DNA of 64,000 bases from a candidate division FCPU426 bacterium. Lineage in GTDB: Bacteria; Oederibacteriota; Muellerivitia; Muellerivitales; Muellerivitaceae. The position numbers and the translations under genes are program-made. Where the stretch lies: positions 100,331-164,330 of the forward strand of contig CAWHOE010000027.1 of NCBI GenBank assembly GCA_963830915.1, read 5' to 3'. The notes below the pieces were generated by a model. It made no database searches. It saw nothing but the letters and a program-made list of their open reading frames with translations, and was not told where the DNA came from. Below, piece after piece: positions 29,734 to 38,459 of this stretch. Position 1 is the stretch's first letter; every line of letters begins with the position of its first letter.

Positions 29734-30312
29734 TCAGCCAGCTATTTGGGCCCGTTTGAGGCGGTCGATCTCTTCCAACATATGCAAGATGGGTTTTTCC
29801 ATGAAGGACTTCAACACGTAATCCCCCTTGGGACAGCCTTCCATGGAGACACAAAAAATACCAGCGGCCCTGGCACCATCCACTCCTGCCTGGCTCGTTT
29901 CCAGGGCGATGGCCTTATAGGGCCGGATGCCCAAGGTTTCCATGGTGACGATATAGAGATCGGGCGAGGGTTTAAGATTCTTGACCTCATCTGAACAGCG
30001 GATACAGTCGAAATCGTTGGCCAATTGCAGTCTTGATAGTTCCTTGATGACCTTCTCGACCGGCAGGTTCGATGTGAGGGCCAGCCTTATCTCGAACTTG
30101 CGAAGGGTGAAGAAGGTCTCGATGAGCCCTTCCAGGGTGGCCTGGATATCCATGTGGTCGGGCATGACCCTTTTGGCGTTGGCCACTTCCCGGACGATCC
30201 AGTCGAAATCGAAGATGAGGACCTTGGACATCCAAAAACTTTCCGGCACATGGGTGTAGTGAAGGTTATGGGGATTATTGACGTCGGAGGGACCGAACCC
30301 GATGGGACTCAT
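29734..30312 (-). CDS. HAD-family hydrolase (degenerate motifs)
   Basis: LIFDFD, LTSN, KPSPDLY, ALETSQAGVDGARAAG. Confidence 0.85.
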   Translation of the reverse strand: MSPIGFGPSDVNNPHNLHYTHVPESFWMSKVLIFDFDWIVREVANAKRVMPDHMDIQATLEGLIETFFTLRKFEIRLALTSNLPVEKVIKELSRLQLANDFDCIRCSDEVKNLKPSPDLYIVTMETLGIRPYKAIALETSQAGVDGARAAGIFCVSMEGCPKGDYVLKSFMEKPILHMLEEIDRLKRAQIAG

Positions 30313-30728
30313 TGTTTTTTATGGCCTTTGATATCTTTTAAAATGACCCAGAAACCTCTGGGCGAGACGATACTGGTTTTCTTGAACTTCTTGAGGACCA
30401 ACAGATCCTCATCCCCTGTAATGATAAAATCCGCGCCCGTCGCTGCCGCCAGGCCTAAAACCGGAAGGTCTTTCGGGTCTCGACAGGAATGGCGCGGCAC
30501 CTGAACGGGTACTTCCAATCGTCCTGACGACTTGATCAACAGCAGATCATTTTCGACCAGCGACTTGGGCATCTTCAGCTTCCGGGTAAAACCCATCCGT
30601 ATCTCTTCTAAAAGATGTTCGCTCCAAATGATTTCATGATTTTCCACGCAGATCTCGAAGATCTCGTCACAAAGCCCATGGGAAGCGAAGGCGGCGATGA
30701 CGACATTCGCGTCTAAAACAACCCTCAC
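30309..30728 (-). CDS. PIN-domain toxin (VapC-like)
   Basis: MRVVLDANVVIAA...CRDPKD...ADFIITGDEDLLVL. Confidence 0.9.
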   Translation of the reverse strand: MRVVLDANVVIAAFASHGLCDEIFEICVENHEIIWSEHLLEEIRMGFTRKLKMPKSLVENDLLLIKSSGRLEVPVQVPRHSCRDPKDLPVLGLAAATGADFIITGDEDLLVLKKFKKTSIVSPRGFWVILKDIKGHKKQ

Positions 30729-30943
30729 TTCAAGGCCTTGAACACATCCTCATCGGTCAACAAACCCTGGGCTTCCGCGAAGGGGAGGGTCTTGGCACGA
30801 AGCTGGCGGAAACGACGGAGAGTGACATAACGTTGAAGGGATTCCCGCACCAGGTCGCTCACGGGGACATGCTCATATTTCGTGATCTTCTCGATCTGGT
30901 CGCCAAGTTCTTTGGATATTCGAACGGTGATGGTCTGTTTCAT
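30725..30943 (-). CDS. Ribbon-helix-helix antitoxin
   Basis: MKQTITVRI...SDLVRESL...GLLTDEDVF; overlaps the toxin start. Confidence 0.85.
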   Translation of the reverse strand: MKQTITVRISKELGDQIEKITKYEHVPVSDLVRESLQRYVTLRRFRQLRAKTLPFAEAQGLLTDEDVFKALK

Positions 30944-30953
30944 GAAAAGCTCC

Positions 30954-30974
30954 TTGTAATACAACGTATTACAA
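30954..30974. promoter_or_regulatory. Probable autoregulatory operator of the toxin-antitoxin pair
   Basis: Perfect palindrome TTGTAATAC-AAC-GTATTACAA just upstream of the antitoxin RBS. Confidence 0.7.
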
Positions 30975-31022
30975 ATGGCTTTTCCTGTCAAGACAAGGCC
31001 TATTTAGAACCCATGAACTGAG

Positions 31023-31068
31023 GTTGCCGCGTCGCTAAAACCAATGAAACGACGCTCCTCGCAATGAC
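31023..31068. repeat. Palindromic repeat unit of the CGCTCCTCGCAATGAC type
   Basis: gttgccgcgtcgct...cgacgctcctcgcaatgac. Confidence 0.55.
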
Positions 31069-31151
31069 AGATAGACAAACTACAGCAACTAATTTTATTG
31101 ATGTTTGGGTGGATCTTTAAAACAGGAAGGACAAATCCAGGCTCAGGAGTC

Positions 31152-32606
31152 TTATCCTAACTTTTTCTTCAGGATCTCGTTCACCAATTTGGGATTGGCC
31201 TTGCCCTGGCTGGCCTGCATGACCTTGCCCACCAGGAAGCCGATGACGCCCTGTTTGCCGCCCTTGTAGTCGGCCACCACGCTGGGGTTCTCGGCCAGAA
31301 CCTTCTCGACCGCCGTCTCAATGACCTTAGGGTCGGATACCTGGACCATCCCTCGGGATTTCACCACCTCAGCCGGCGAGGCGCCGGAGTCGAACAGCTC
31401 GATGAAGACTTCCTTGGCTTGTTTGGAGTTGATGGTTCCGGCCTCGATGAGGTCCACCAATTCGCCCAGTTTCTTCTGGTCGAACTTGAGGCCCTTCAAC
31501 TCGACCCCTTGTTCCTTCATCTTGGCGGCCATGTCCCCCATGATCCAGTTGGCCAGGCCCTTGGGGCTCTTGGCATGTTTCGCCCCTTCCTCGAACCAAT
31601 CGGCCAGTTCCCTCTCAGCGGTCAGGACCGACGCGTCATAGGCGGTCAAACCATACTGGGTCATGAACCGGCTTTGTTTGGCGGCCGGCAGTTCGGGCAG
31701 GCTGTCCTTGATCTTCTTGACATAATCGGCCGGAAGGATGATGGGGACCAGGTCCGGCTCAGGGAAATAGCGGTAATCGTGGGCTTCTTCCTTGGAGCGC
31801 ATGGGCTTGGTCTTGTTCTCGGTGACATCCCAAAGGCGTGATTCCTGGATGACCCTTTCGCCCTTTTCCAGCAGGGCGACCTGGCGCTTGATCTCGTATT
31901 CCATGGCCTGCTTGGCGAAACGGAAGCTGTTCATGTTCTTGATCTCGGCCTTGGTGCCGAACTCCGCCCGGCCCTTGGGCCTCACCGACACGTTGGCATC
32001 ACAGCGAAGCGAGCCTTCCTCCATGTTGCAATCGGACACCTCTATATAGAGGAGGATGTTCTTCAGGGCGGTCAGGTAGGCGTAAGCTTCCTCGGCGCTT
32101 CGGATGTCGGGTTCGGAAACGATCTCCACCAACGGAATGCCGCCCCGGTTGTAGTCGGCCAGGGAATAATCGGACGAATCCAGGCGGCCCGCCTTACCAC
32201 CGGCGTGCACCAGTTTGCCCGCGTCCTCTTCCATATGGGCCCGGGTGATACCGATCCGCTTGGTCCCTTCCTTCGTGGTGATGTCCAGGTAGCCGTTCAC
32301 ATTGAGGGGTTTATCGTACTGGGAGATCTGGTAGGCCTTGGGCAGGTCCGGGTAGTAGTAATTCTTTCGGTCCATCTTGGAGTAGGGGGAAATGGAGCAG
32401 TTGAGAGCGTGACCGATCTTGACGGCGAATTCCACGGCCTTTTCGTTCATGACCGGGAGGGTGCCGGGCAGGCCTAAGCACACGGGGCAGACCTGGGTGT
32501 TGGACTCGTTGCCGAACACCGTGGAGCAGCCGCAGAAAAGCTTGGTCTTCGTCTTTAATTCGACGTGGACCTCAAGCCCTATGACCGGTTCGTATTCGAT
32601 CGCCAT
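31152..32606 (-). CDS. gatB: Asp/Glu-tRNA amidotransferase subunit B
   Basis: VIGLEVHVEL, CPVCLGLPG, HMEEDAGK, EGSLRCDANVS, DYRYFPEPDL. Confidence 0.98.
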   Translation of the reverse strand: MAIEYEPVIGLEVHVELKTKTKLFCGCSTVFGNESNTQVCPVCLGLPGTLPVMNEKAVEFAVKIGHALNCSISPYSKMDRKNYYYPDLPKAYQISQYDKPLNVNGYLDITTKEGTKRIGITRAHMEEDAGKLVHAGGKAGRLDSSDYSLADYNRGGIPLVEIVSEPDIRSAEEAYAYLTALKNILLYIEVSDCNMEEGSLRCDANVSVRPKGRAEFGTKAEIKNMNSFRFAKQAMEYEIKRQVALLEKGERVIQESRLWDVTENKTKPMRSKEEAHDYRYFPEPDLVPIILPADYVKKIKDSLPELPAAKQSRFMTQYGLTAYDASVLTAERELADWFEEGAKHAKSPKGLANWIMGDMAAKMKEQGVELKGLKFDQKKLGELVDLIEAGTINSKQAKEVFIELFDSGASPAEVVKSRGMVQVSDPKVIETAVEKVLAENPSVVADYKGGKQGVIGFLVGKVMQASQGKANPKLVNEILKKKLG

Positions 32607-32612
32607 GGTCGC

Positions 32613-34079
32613 CTAACTTTCTTTCAAAGTTGGTTTTTGTTTGTGCCAGTCGGTCGCCTGTTCATAGGCGTAAGCCGTCCTCAATAGTGTTGCCTCGTCA
32701 AAGGGCTTTCCGATCAATTGCAAGCCGATGGGCAGACCCGTCTTGGAGAAACCGCAAGGCAGGGACAGCCCGGGAAGACCGGTGATGTTGATGGAAACAG
32801 TGAAGACATCTTCCAGGTACATGGAAAGGGGGTCGCCCGTCTTTTCCCCGAACTTGAAGGCCGGGTTGGGGGCGGTGGGGGTGGCGATGACATCCACCTT
32901 TTCAAATGCCTTGTCGTAGTCCTGCTTGATGAGCCGGCGGACCTTCAGGGCTTTCAAATAGTAAGCGTCGTAATAACCGGAGGAAAGGGCGTAGGTGCCC
33001 AGCATGATGCGGCGTTTCACTTCCGGGCCAAAACCAGCGGCCCGGGTCTTGGAATACATCTCCACGATGTTCTCGCCCGGCACCCTCAATCCGTAGCGCA
33101 CGCCATCATAGCGGGCCAGGTTGGAAGAGGCTTCCGAGGGGGCCAGGATGTAATAGGCGGCCAGGGCGTAGGGCGAGGCCGGAAGGGACACTTCCTCGAC
33201 CTTAGCGCCCTGCTTTTCAAGCTCCGCGATGGCCTTCTTGACCGAATCGGCCACTTCCTTGTTCAAACCATCGGGGAAAAATTCCTTGGGGATACCGACT
33301 TTCAGGCCTTTCACGCCCTTCTTGCAATCGGCCACGTAATCGGCCACAGGGATATCGGCGGATGTGGAATCCTTCGGGTCATGGCCGGCGATGGCCTTCA
33401 TCATGATGGCGCAATCCTCAACATCCTTGCCGAAGGGACCGATCTGGTCCAGGGAGGAGGCGAAAGCGATGAGGCCGTAGCGGGAAACCCGGCCATAGGT
33501 GGGCTTGAGCCCCACGATGCCGCAAAGGGCGGCGGGCTGGCGGATGGAACCGCCCGTATCGGACCCCAGGGAGGCGAAAACCTCGTCGGCTGAAACGCAG
33601 GCGGCGGACCCACCCGAGGACCCGCCCGGCACGCAGGCCAGGTTCCATGGGTTCTTGGTCTTCTTGTAATAGGAAGTCTCGGTGGAAGAACCCATGGCGT
33701 ACTCGTCCATGTTGGTCTTGCCCACCATCACCGCGCCCTCGGCGTTGAGCTTTTCCACCACCGTGGCGTCATAGGGAGGAACGAAATTCTCCAGCATCTT
33801 GGACCCGCAGGTGGTCCGAACGCCCTTGGTGCAGAGCAGGTCCTTGATTCCCAGGGGCACACCGGTCAGGAGGGTGACATCCTTGCCCGACGCCAGGCGT
33901 TTGTCGGCCTCGGCGGCTTGGGCCAGGGCGACATCCTGGGTGAGGGTGATGAAGGCTTGGACCTTGGGTTCCACCCCTTCCAGGTGGCTGAAAACAGCCT
34001 TGGTCAACTCGACCGAGGAGACCTTCTTGGCCTTGAGGTCGGCGGAAATTTCGTGGATGGTTTTTTGGTACAGTTCCAT
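32613..34079 (-). CDS. gatA: Asp/Glu-tRNA amidotransferase subunit A
   Basis: [44 protein letters not shown]. Confidence 0.98.
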   Translation of the reverse strand: MELYQKTIHEISADLKAKKVSSVELTKAVFSHLEGVEPKVQAFITLTQDVALAQAAEADKRLASGKDVTLLTGVPLGIKDLLCTKGVRTTCGSKMLENFVPPYDATVVEKLNAEGAVMVGKTNMDEYAMGSSTETSYYKKTKNPWNLACVPGGSSGGSAACVSADEVFASLGSDTGGSIRQPAALCGIVGLKPTYGRVSRYGLIAFASSLDQIGPFGKDVEDCAIMMKAIAGHDPKDSTSADIPVADYVADCKKGVKGLKVGIPKEFFPDGLNKEVADSVKKAIAELEKQGAKVEEVSLPASPYALAAYYILAPSEASSNLARYDGVRYGLRVPGENIVEMYSKTRAAGFGPEVKRRIMLGTYALSSGYYDAYYLKALKVRRLIKQDYDKAFEKVDVIATPTAPNPAFKFGEKTGDPLSMYLEDVFTVSINITGLPGLSLPCGFSKTGLPIGLQLIGKPFDEATLLRTAYAYEQATDWHKQKPTLKES

Positions 34080-34140
34080 TCAATACCTTTGAAACACAGG
34101 GTTAAAAGTTTTCTTCGTTCCAACAAATCCCAAATATTTG

Positions 34141-34327
34141 AACCACAGAGTCGCTCAGAGTTTCACAGAGTAAAGCATCTTTTTGTTCAAATCCGACCCA
34201 AACATTTGAGTCGTCATTTCAATCAGACTTACAGAGTATTTATTTTTAAAATCTAATCCTTACTCCGTGTGACTCTGTGTGACTCCGTGGTAAAAAGTCT
34301 TAGCTGTGTCTCCGTGTCTCCGTGGTG
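34141..34327. repeat. REP-like inverted pair plus an extra unit between gatC and gatA
   Basis: aaccacagagtcgctcagag ... ctccgtgtgactctgtgtgactccgtggt; gctgtgtctccgtgtctccgtggtg. Confidence 0.85.
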
Positions 34328-34333
34328 AAAGCC

Positions 34334-34618
34334 TTACATGATCTTCGGGACTTTGAAATGACCGCTTTGGACATCGGGCCCGTTGGAAAGCACTTCTTTC
34401 TGCGTCAGGGAAGGCTTGGGCACATCGGGACGGAAGACGTTCTTCATATCCAGCGGATGGGTCAGGGGTTCCACATTGGCGGTGTCCAGCTGGTTGAGCT
34501 GATCCACATATTGGAGGATGGAGCCCAGTTGCTGGGTGTACTTGGCCACTTCCGCCTCGGTCACTTCCAGGCGGGAGAGTTTGGCGACATATTGGACGTC
34601 TTTTTCAGATAGGCTCAC
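34334..34618 (-). CDS. gatC: Asp/Glu-tRNA amidotransferase subunit C
   Basis: DVQYVAKLSRL...LDTANVEP...FKVPKIM. Confidence 0.95.
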   Translation of the reverse strand: MSLSEKDVQYVAKLSRLEVTEAEVAKYTQQLGSILQYVDQLNQLDTANVEPLTHPLDMKNVFRPDVPKPSLTQKEVLSNGPDVQSGHFKVPKIM

Positions 34619-34854
34619 GAAAGGTCTCCATGGGGTCGTTCAAGGATGGATATCTTGCCAGAAGTAGGAAAAAAGCTCAACCTTTTCACCCGGCGGAAGG
34701 CTAGGGAATAGTTCTTCACGTCATAAAGGGAATCCGCGTCCCTTTAACCATAGGCGGCCCATCCATGGCAAGTTGATAGGGCAAAAAAAAGAACCCCGAA
34801 AGCCTCATCCAGGCATTCGGGGTCTTATCGATTCAAAATGGCAAAGGCAGGTTC

Positions 34855-35043
34855 TTATTTTTTCCCGGCAAGCTTTTCCTGCCGATGTTTCTCGATCCGT
34901 TCTCTCAATTCTTTTCCAATGGTTTCAGAACGCTTATGAAATTCGAGAACACCTAGCCTGTCTATTTCTTTGGACACTTTGAGCTTCCATGCCCGGACTT
35001 CCAAAAGGCTTTTGGGTTCCTTGTATTTAATCCTTTTCATCAC
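34855..35043 (-). CDS. Small protein, likely antitoxin partner of the upstream PIN gene
   Basis: Overlaps the PIN stop; SLLEVRAWK..VSKE. Confidence 0.6.
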   Translation of the reverse strand: MMKRIKYKEPKSLLEVRAWKLKVSKEIDRLGVLEFHKRSETIGKELRERIEKHRQEKLAGKK

Positions 35044-35510
35044 TCAAAACCTCCAACGGCGTTACCAATTCCACAGGAAAATTATAGCCCTTTTCAATGT
35101 TCAAGGCCATGACCCGTTTCCGCCGGTTTACATTGGCTAAATGCCGGAAATTCCAGCCTACAAGGGCGTCCATTTGATAAACCGTCGCGTAAGCCACGTG
35201 AAAAGCGTCCAAACGGCTTCTCTTGGGAAGAACGGCGCTTTTTAAGTACGCCTCGGCCAATAAGTCGATTTCGGGTTTAAGTTCCAATCTTTGCGGAGCG
35301 ATTTCCTCAAGCAGTTTTTCGATCGACCGACGGCGTAAAACCGGCGCCGCCATCACTTCCCTTTCGACCGCTTCCGAATAAAAGATCTCGAACAAACCCA
35401 ATCGGACTTTTTTAGAAAAATTCCAAAGTATCGGCTTGATACGCGGGGGCATCATCCGCGAAAGCGAAATTCCATACCGTCGTATCCAAATATAGTCTTA
35501 ATTTTTCCAT
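35027..35510 (-). pseudogene. PIN-domain toxin with a one-base insertion near 35414
   Basis: ATG at 35510 gives MEKLRLYLDTTVWNFAFADDAP...LEFF*; removing one base joins it to KKVRLG...DAFHVAYAT...LVGWNFRHLAN. Confidence 0.8.
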
Positions 35511-35576
35511 GCCCTAACCATACCATAATCCCGTAACGCTGAAAATAATGTCCATGATGGGAACCGGTTTATTGGA

Positions 35577-37781
35577 TCAGTCGACCTTGACCAGGTTGGC
35601 CAGCTTGGCCAATAGCTGTTTCTTGCCGTGATTGGGGAAAGAGACCGTCACCTTCAGGTCGTCCCCCGCGCCCATCAGGGAAATGACCATGCCCTTGCCG
35701 AACTTCTTGTGCCGGACCGTATCCCCCAGGGCGTAAGGCGCCACGCCGTCCTCGTCCCATTCCGGGTCCTTGAGCTCGTCGAAATCCTTCTTGGGGTCGG
35801 CGACCTCGTAGAGCCCGCCCTCGGTGGCCACGATGCGGGCGGCCTTGCCCGTGACCTGGATCATGTCCTTGGGGATCTCGGATAGGAACCGGGAGGGCGA
35901 CCGCCACTGGGGCGTCCCGTAGACATAGCGGCAGGCAGCGCCCGTGAGATAGAGGATATCCCTGGCCCGGGTCATGCCCACATAACAGAGCCTGCGTTCT
36001 TCTTGGACGTCCTTGTCCTGCTCCATGGAATTGTTGTGGGGGAAGAGACCCTCTTCCATGCCGGTGATGAATACGATGGGAAATTCCAGGCCCTTGGCGT
36101 TGTGCATGGTCATCAGGGTCACACAGTTCTTTTTGTCCTCCAGCTTATCCACATCCGCCACCAGGGAGACTTGGTCCAGATACCCGCCCAGGGTGGGGGT
36201 TTCGGCGGTACTTTCGTAGTCCGCCACCGAGTTCACCAATTCCTTCAGGTTCTCCGCCCGCATCTTGGATTCCAAGGTGTCATCCGCCGCCAGGTCGGTC
36301 AGATAGCCCGAACGCTCCAGCACCTTTCGGACGAATTCGGAGGGTTTGGTCAGGTCCCTTTCGGCGATCAAACCATCCATCATTGTCACGAAGTTGGCCA
36401 AGGCCAGGGAGGCCTTCTTGGGGAATTCCCCGCTCACCGCAGCTTGCCGGACCCCGTCCAGAAGGGTCAGGTCCTGCTTTTTGGAGTATTCCTCGATCTT
36501 GGCGACCGTACCACTGCCAATGCCCCGGATAGGCACGTTGATCATGCGGCGAAGGGAAACCGAGTCCTGGGGGTTCACCAGGACGTGGAAGTAGGCCAGC
36601 ATATCCTTCACTTCCTTGCGGTCGTAGAACTTCAGGCCCCCCACGATGATGTAGGGGATATTGTGGCGGCGGCAGGCGTCTTCCAGCACCCGGGACTGGG
36701 CGTTGGTGCGGTAAAGGATGGCCACGTGGCGGTAGGACCGGCCCGGCTCCCCCAACCGCTCGTAGATGGTCTTGAGCACGAACTCGGCCTCGTCCTTGTC
36801 GTCTTCGGCCTGGTAATAGGTGGGTACCTCCCCGGTTTCACGCAGGGAAAAAAGCTCCTTTTCCTTGCGCTGGGAATTGTTTCGGATGACCGCCTGGGCC
36901 GCCAGGATGATGGACTTGGTAGAGCGGTAATTCTGCTGGAGTTTGAAGATCTTGGCGCCCGGGAAATCGTGCTCGAACTTGAGGATATTTCGGATGTCCG
37001 CGCCCCTCCATCCATAGATGGATTGGTCCGGGTCCCCTACCACACATAGGTTGTTCAGGGGATGAGCGATCATGGAGATGAGCTGGTACTGGGCGGTATT
37101 GATGTCCTGGTACTCGTCCACAGCGATGTACTGGAACCTCTTGCGGTATTCCTCCAGCACTTGCGGGTTGTCCCTAAGGATGTTGACCCCGTTGAAGAGC
37201 AGGTCGTCGAAATCCATGGCGTTGTTCTCTTTGAGCTTGGTCTGATAGAGGGGATAGAGGAGGGCCACCTTCTCCTGGAAATGTCCCACCGCCACTTCAG
37301 GATATTGTTTGGGGGTCAAGAGCTCGTTCTTGGCGGCGCTGATGTGGGAATGGACCGCGTTGGGGTGGACCTGTTTCTCGTCGAACTTCAGGTCCCAGAG
37401 ACATTCCTTGATGAGGGCCTTCTGGTCCGAGTCGTCATAAATGGTGAAACCCGGCTTATACCCCAGGATGGGGGCGTGGACCTTCAGGATACGCAGGCAG
37501 AGGGAATGGAAGGTGCCGATGAGAAGTTCCTTAGACTTCGCGTTGCCTGCCAGGTTGGCCACCCGGTCGCGCATTTCCTGGGCCGCTTTGTTGGTGAAGG
37601 TGACGGCGAGCATATGGAAAGGAAGGATGCCCCTTTCTTCCATGAGTCGGATGATTCGGTAGGTGACCACCCGGGTCTTGCCCGAACCGGCGCCGGCCAG
37701 GATCAAGGCCGGGCCCTTATCGTGGGTCATGGCCTCCAGCTGTTCGTCGTTCAGGTCGTGATAGGTTCTTTTCATGTCCAT
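35577..37781 (-). CDS. pcrA: ATP-dependent DNA helicase PcrA/UvrD
   Basis: LAGAGSGKTRV, TFTNKAA, VDEYQD, VGDPDQSIYGWRGA, NYRST, HNAKGLEF, EERRLCYVGMTRA. Confidence 0.97.
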   Translation of the reverse strand: MDMKRTYHDLNDEQLEAMTHDKGPALILAGAGSGKTRVVTYRIIRLMEERGILPFHMLAVTFTNKAAQEMRDRVANLAGNAKSKELLIGTFHSLCLRILKVHAPILGYKPGFTIYDDSDQKALIKECLWDLKFDEKQVHPNAVHSHISAAKNELLTPKQYPEVAVGHFQEKVALLYPLYQTKLKENNAMDFDDLLFNGVNILRDNPQVLEEYRKRFQYIAVDEYQDINTAQYQLISMIAHPLNNLCVVGDPDQSIYGWRGADIRNILKFEHDFPGAKIFKLQQNYRSTKSIILAAQAVIRNNSQRKEKELFSLRETGEVPTYYQAEDDKDEAEFVLKTIYERLGEPGRSYRHVAILYRTNAQSRVLEDACRRHNIPYIIVGGLKFYDRKEVKDMLAYFHVLVNPQDSVSLRRMINVPIRGIGSGTVAKIEEYSKKQDLTLLDGVRQAAVSGEFPKKASLALANFVTMMDGLIAERDLTKPSEFVRKVLERSGYLTDLAADDTLESKMRAENLKELVNSVADYESTAETPTLGGYLDQVSLVADVDKLEDKKNCVTLMTMHNAKGLEFPIVFITGMEEGLFPHNNSMEQDKDVQEERRLCYVGMTRARDILYLTGAACRYVYGTPQWRSPSRFLSEIPKDMIQVTGKAARIVATEGGLYEVADPKKDFDELKDPEWDEDGVAPYALGDTVRHKKFGKGMVISLMGAGDDLKVTVSFPNHGKKQLLAKLANLVKVD

Positions 37782-37924
37782 CCGGGTCGGGTGAAATAAA
37801 AAATCCCGCGGGCCTCATGGCCAACGGGATGTGGATTTTCTTATAAAGACGCTCTAATTACCAGCCATTAAAGTCGAAGAATTGAACGAGTTGAGATGAA
37901 TGGATCGGGGACTCTGAGTCTTTA

Positions 37925-38290
37925 CTATTCCCCAACCGCTTTATCGACCAGACTCTTGATGATCTTGCGGACTTCCTCGTCCAGGACGATGAACTGCAGA
38001 CCACAGGCCCCATCGCCTGCCCAGGCCAACTTACTGTACACATCCACCGTCTTGTCTTTGTTGACTTTGAAGTTGAGTTTCAGGATGGAGGTAGGAAGCT
38101 TGGTCTCGCCCAGTTCTAACCGGATGCCTCCTTCGCTGACATCCAGGGCTTTAGTGGTTAATGGGTTACCTTGAACTTCGAACACATTGCCTGATTTGGA
38201 CTCGGTCACGTGGTGAACGGTGACTTTTTCGTGAAACTTGGTCCTATGATGCCGACGTCTTTCATCTGGTTTACGTTCGTTTTTGACCAT
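37925..38290 (-). CDS. PilZ domain protein
   Basis: ERRRHHR (RxxxR) and DVSEGG (DxSxxG). Confidence 0.88.
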   Translation of the reverse strand: MVKNERKPDERRRHHRTKFHEKVTVHHVTESKSGNVFEVQGNPLTTKALDVSEGGIRLELGETKLPTSILKLNFKVNKDKTVDVYSKLAWAGDGACGLQFIVLDEEVRKIIKSLVDKAVGE

Positions 38291-38459
38291 AAATGAAATG
38301 TTCCTTAGAAATTATTATTAAAACGATAAAGCTCTAGGACCATGGAGTCAAGCCAAAACATTAAATCGTTTTTAGTTTTGATTATTTTATTGTGCTTATT
38401 ATTGTTTAGACGGTTCTTTGGAAAAAAGGCCGATTTTTAGTAAAAGAAGTTGAGAAAAG

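Noticed and set aside
34620..34855. T-box or other RNA upstream of gatC
   Set aside because: Only a terminator-like hairpin is visible; no T-box consensus
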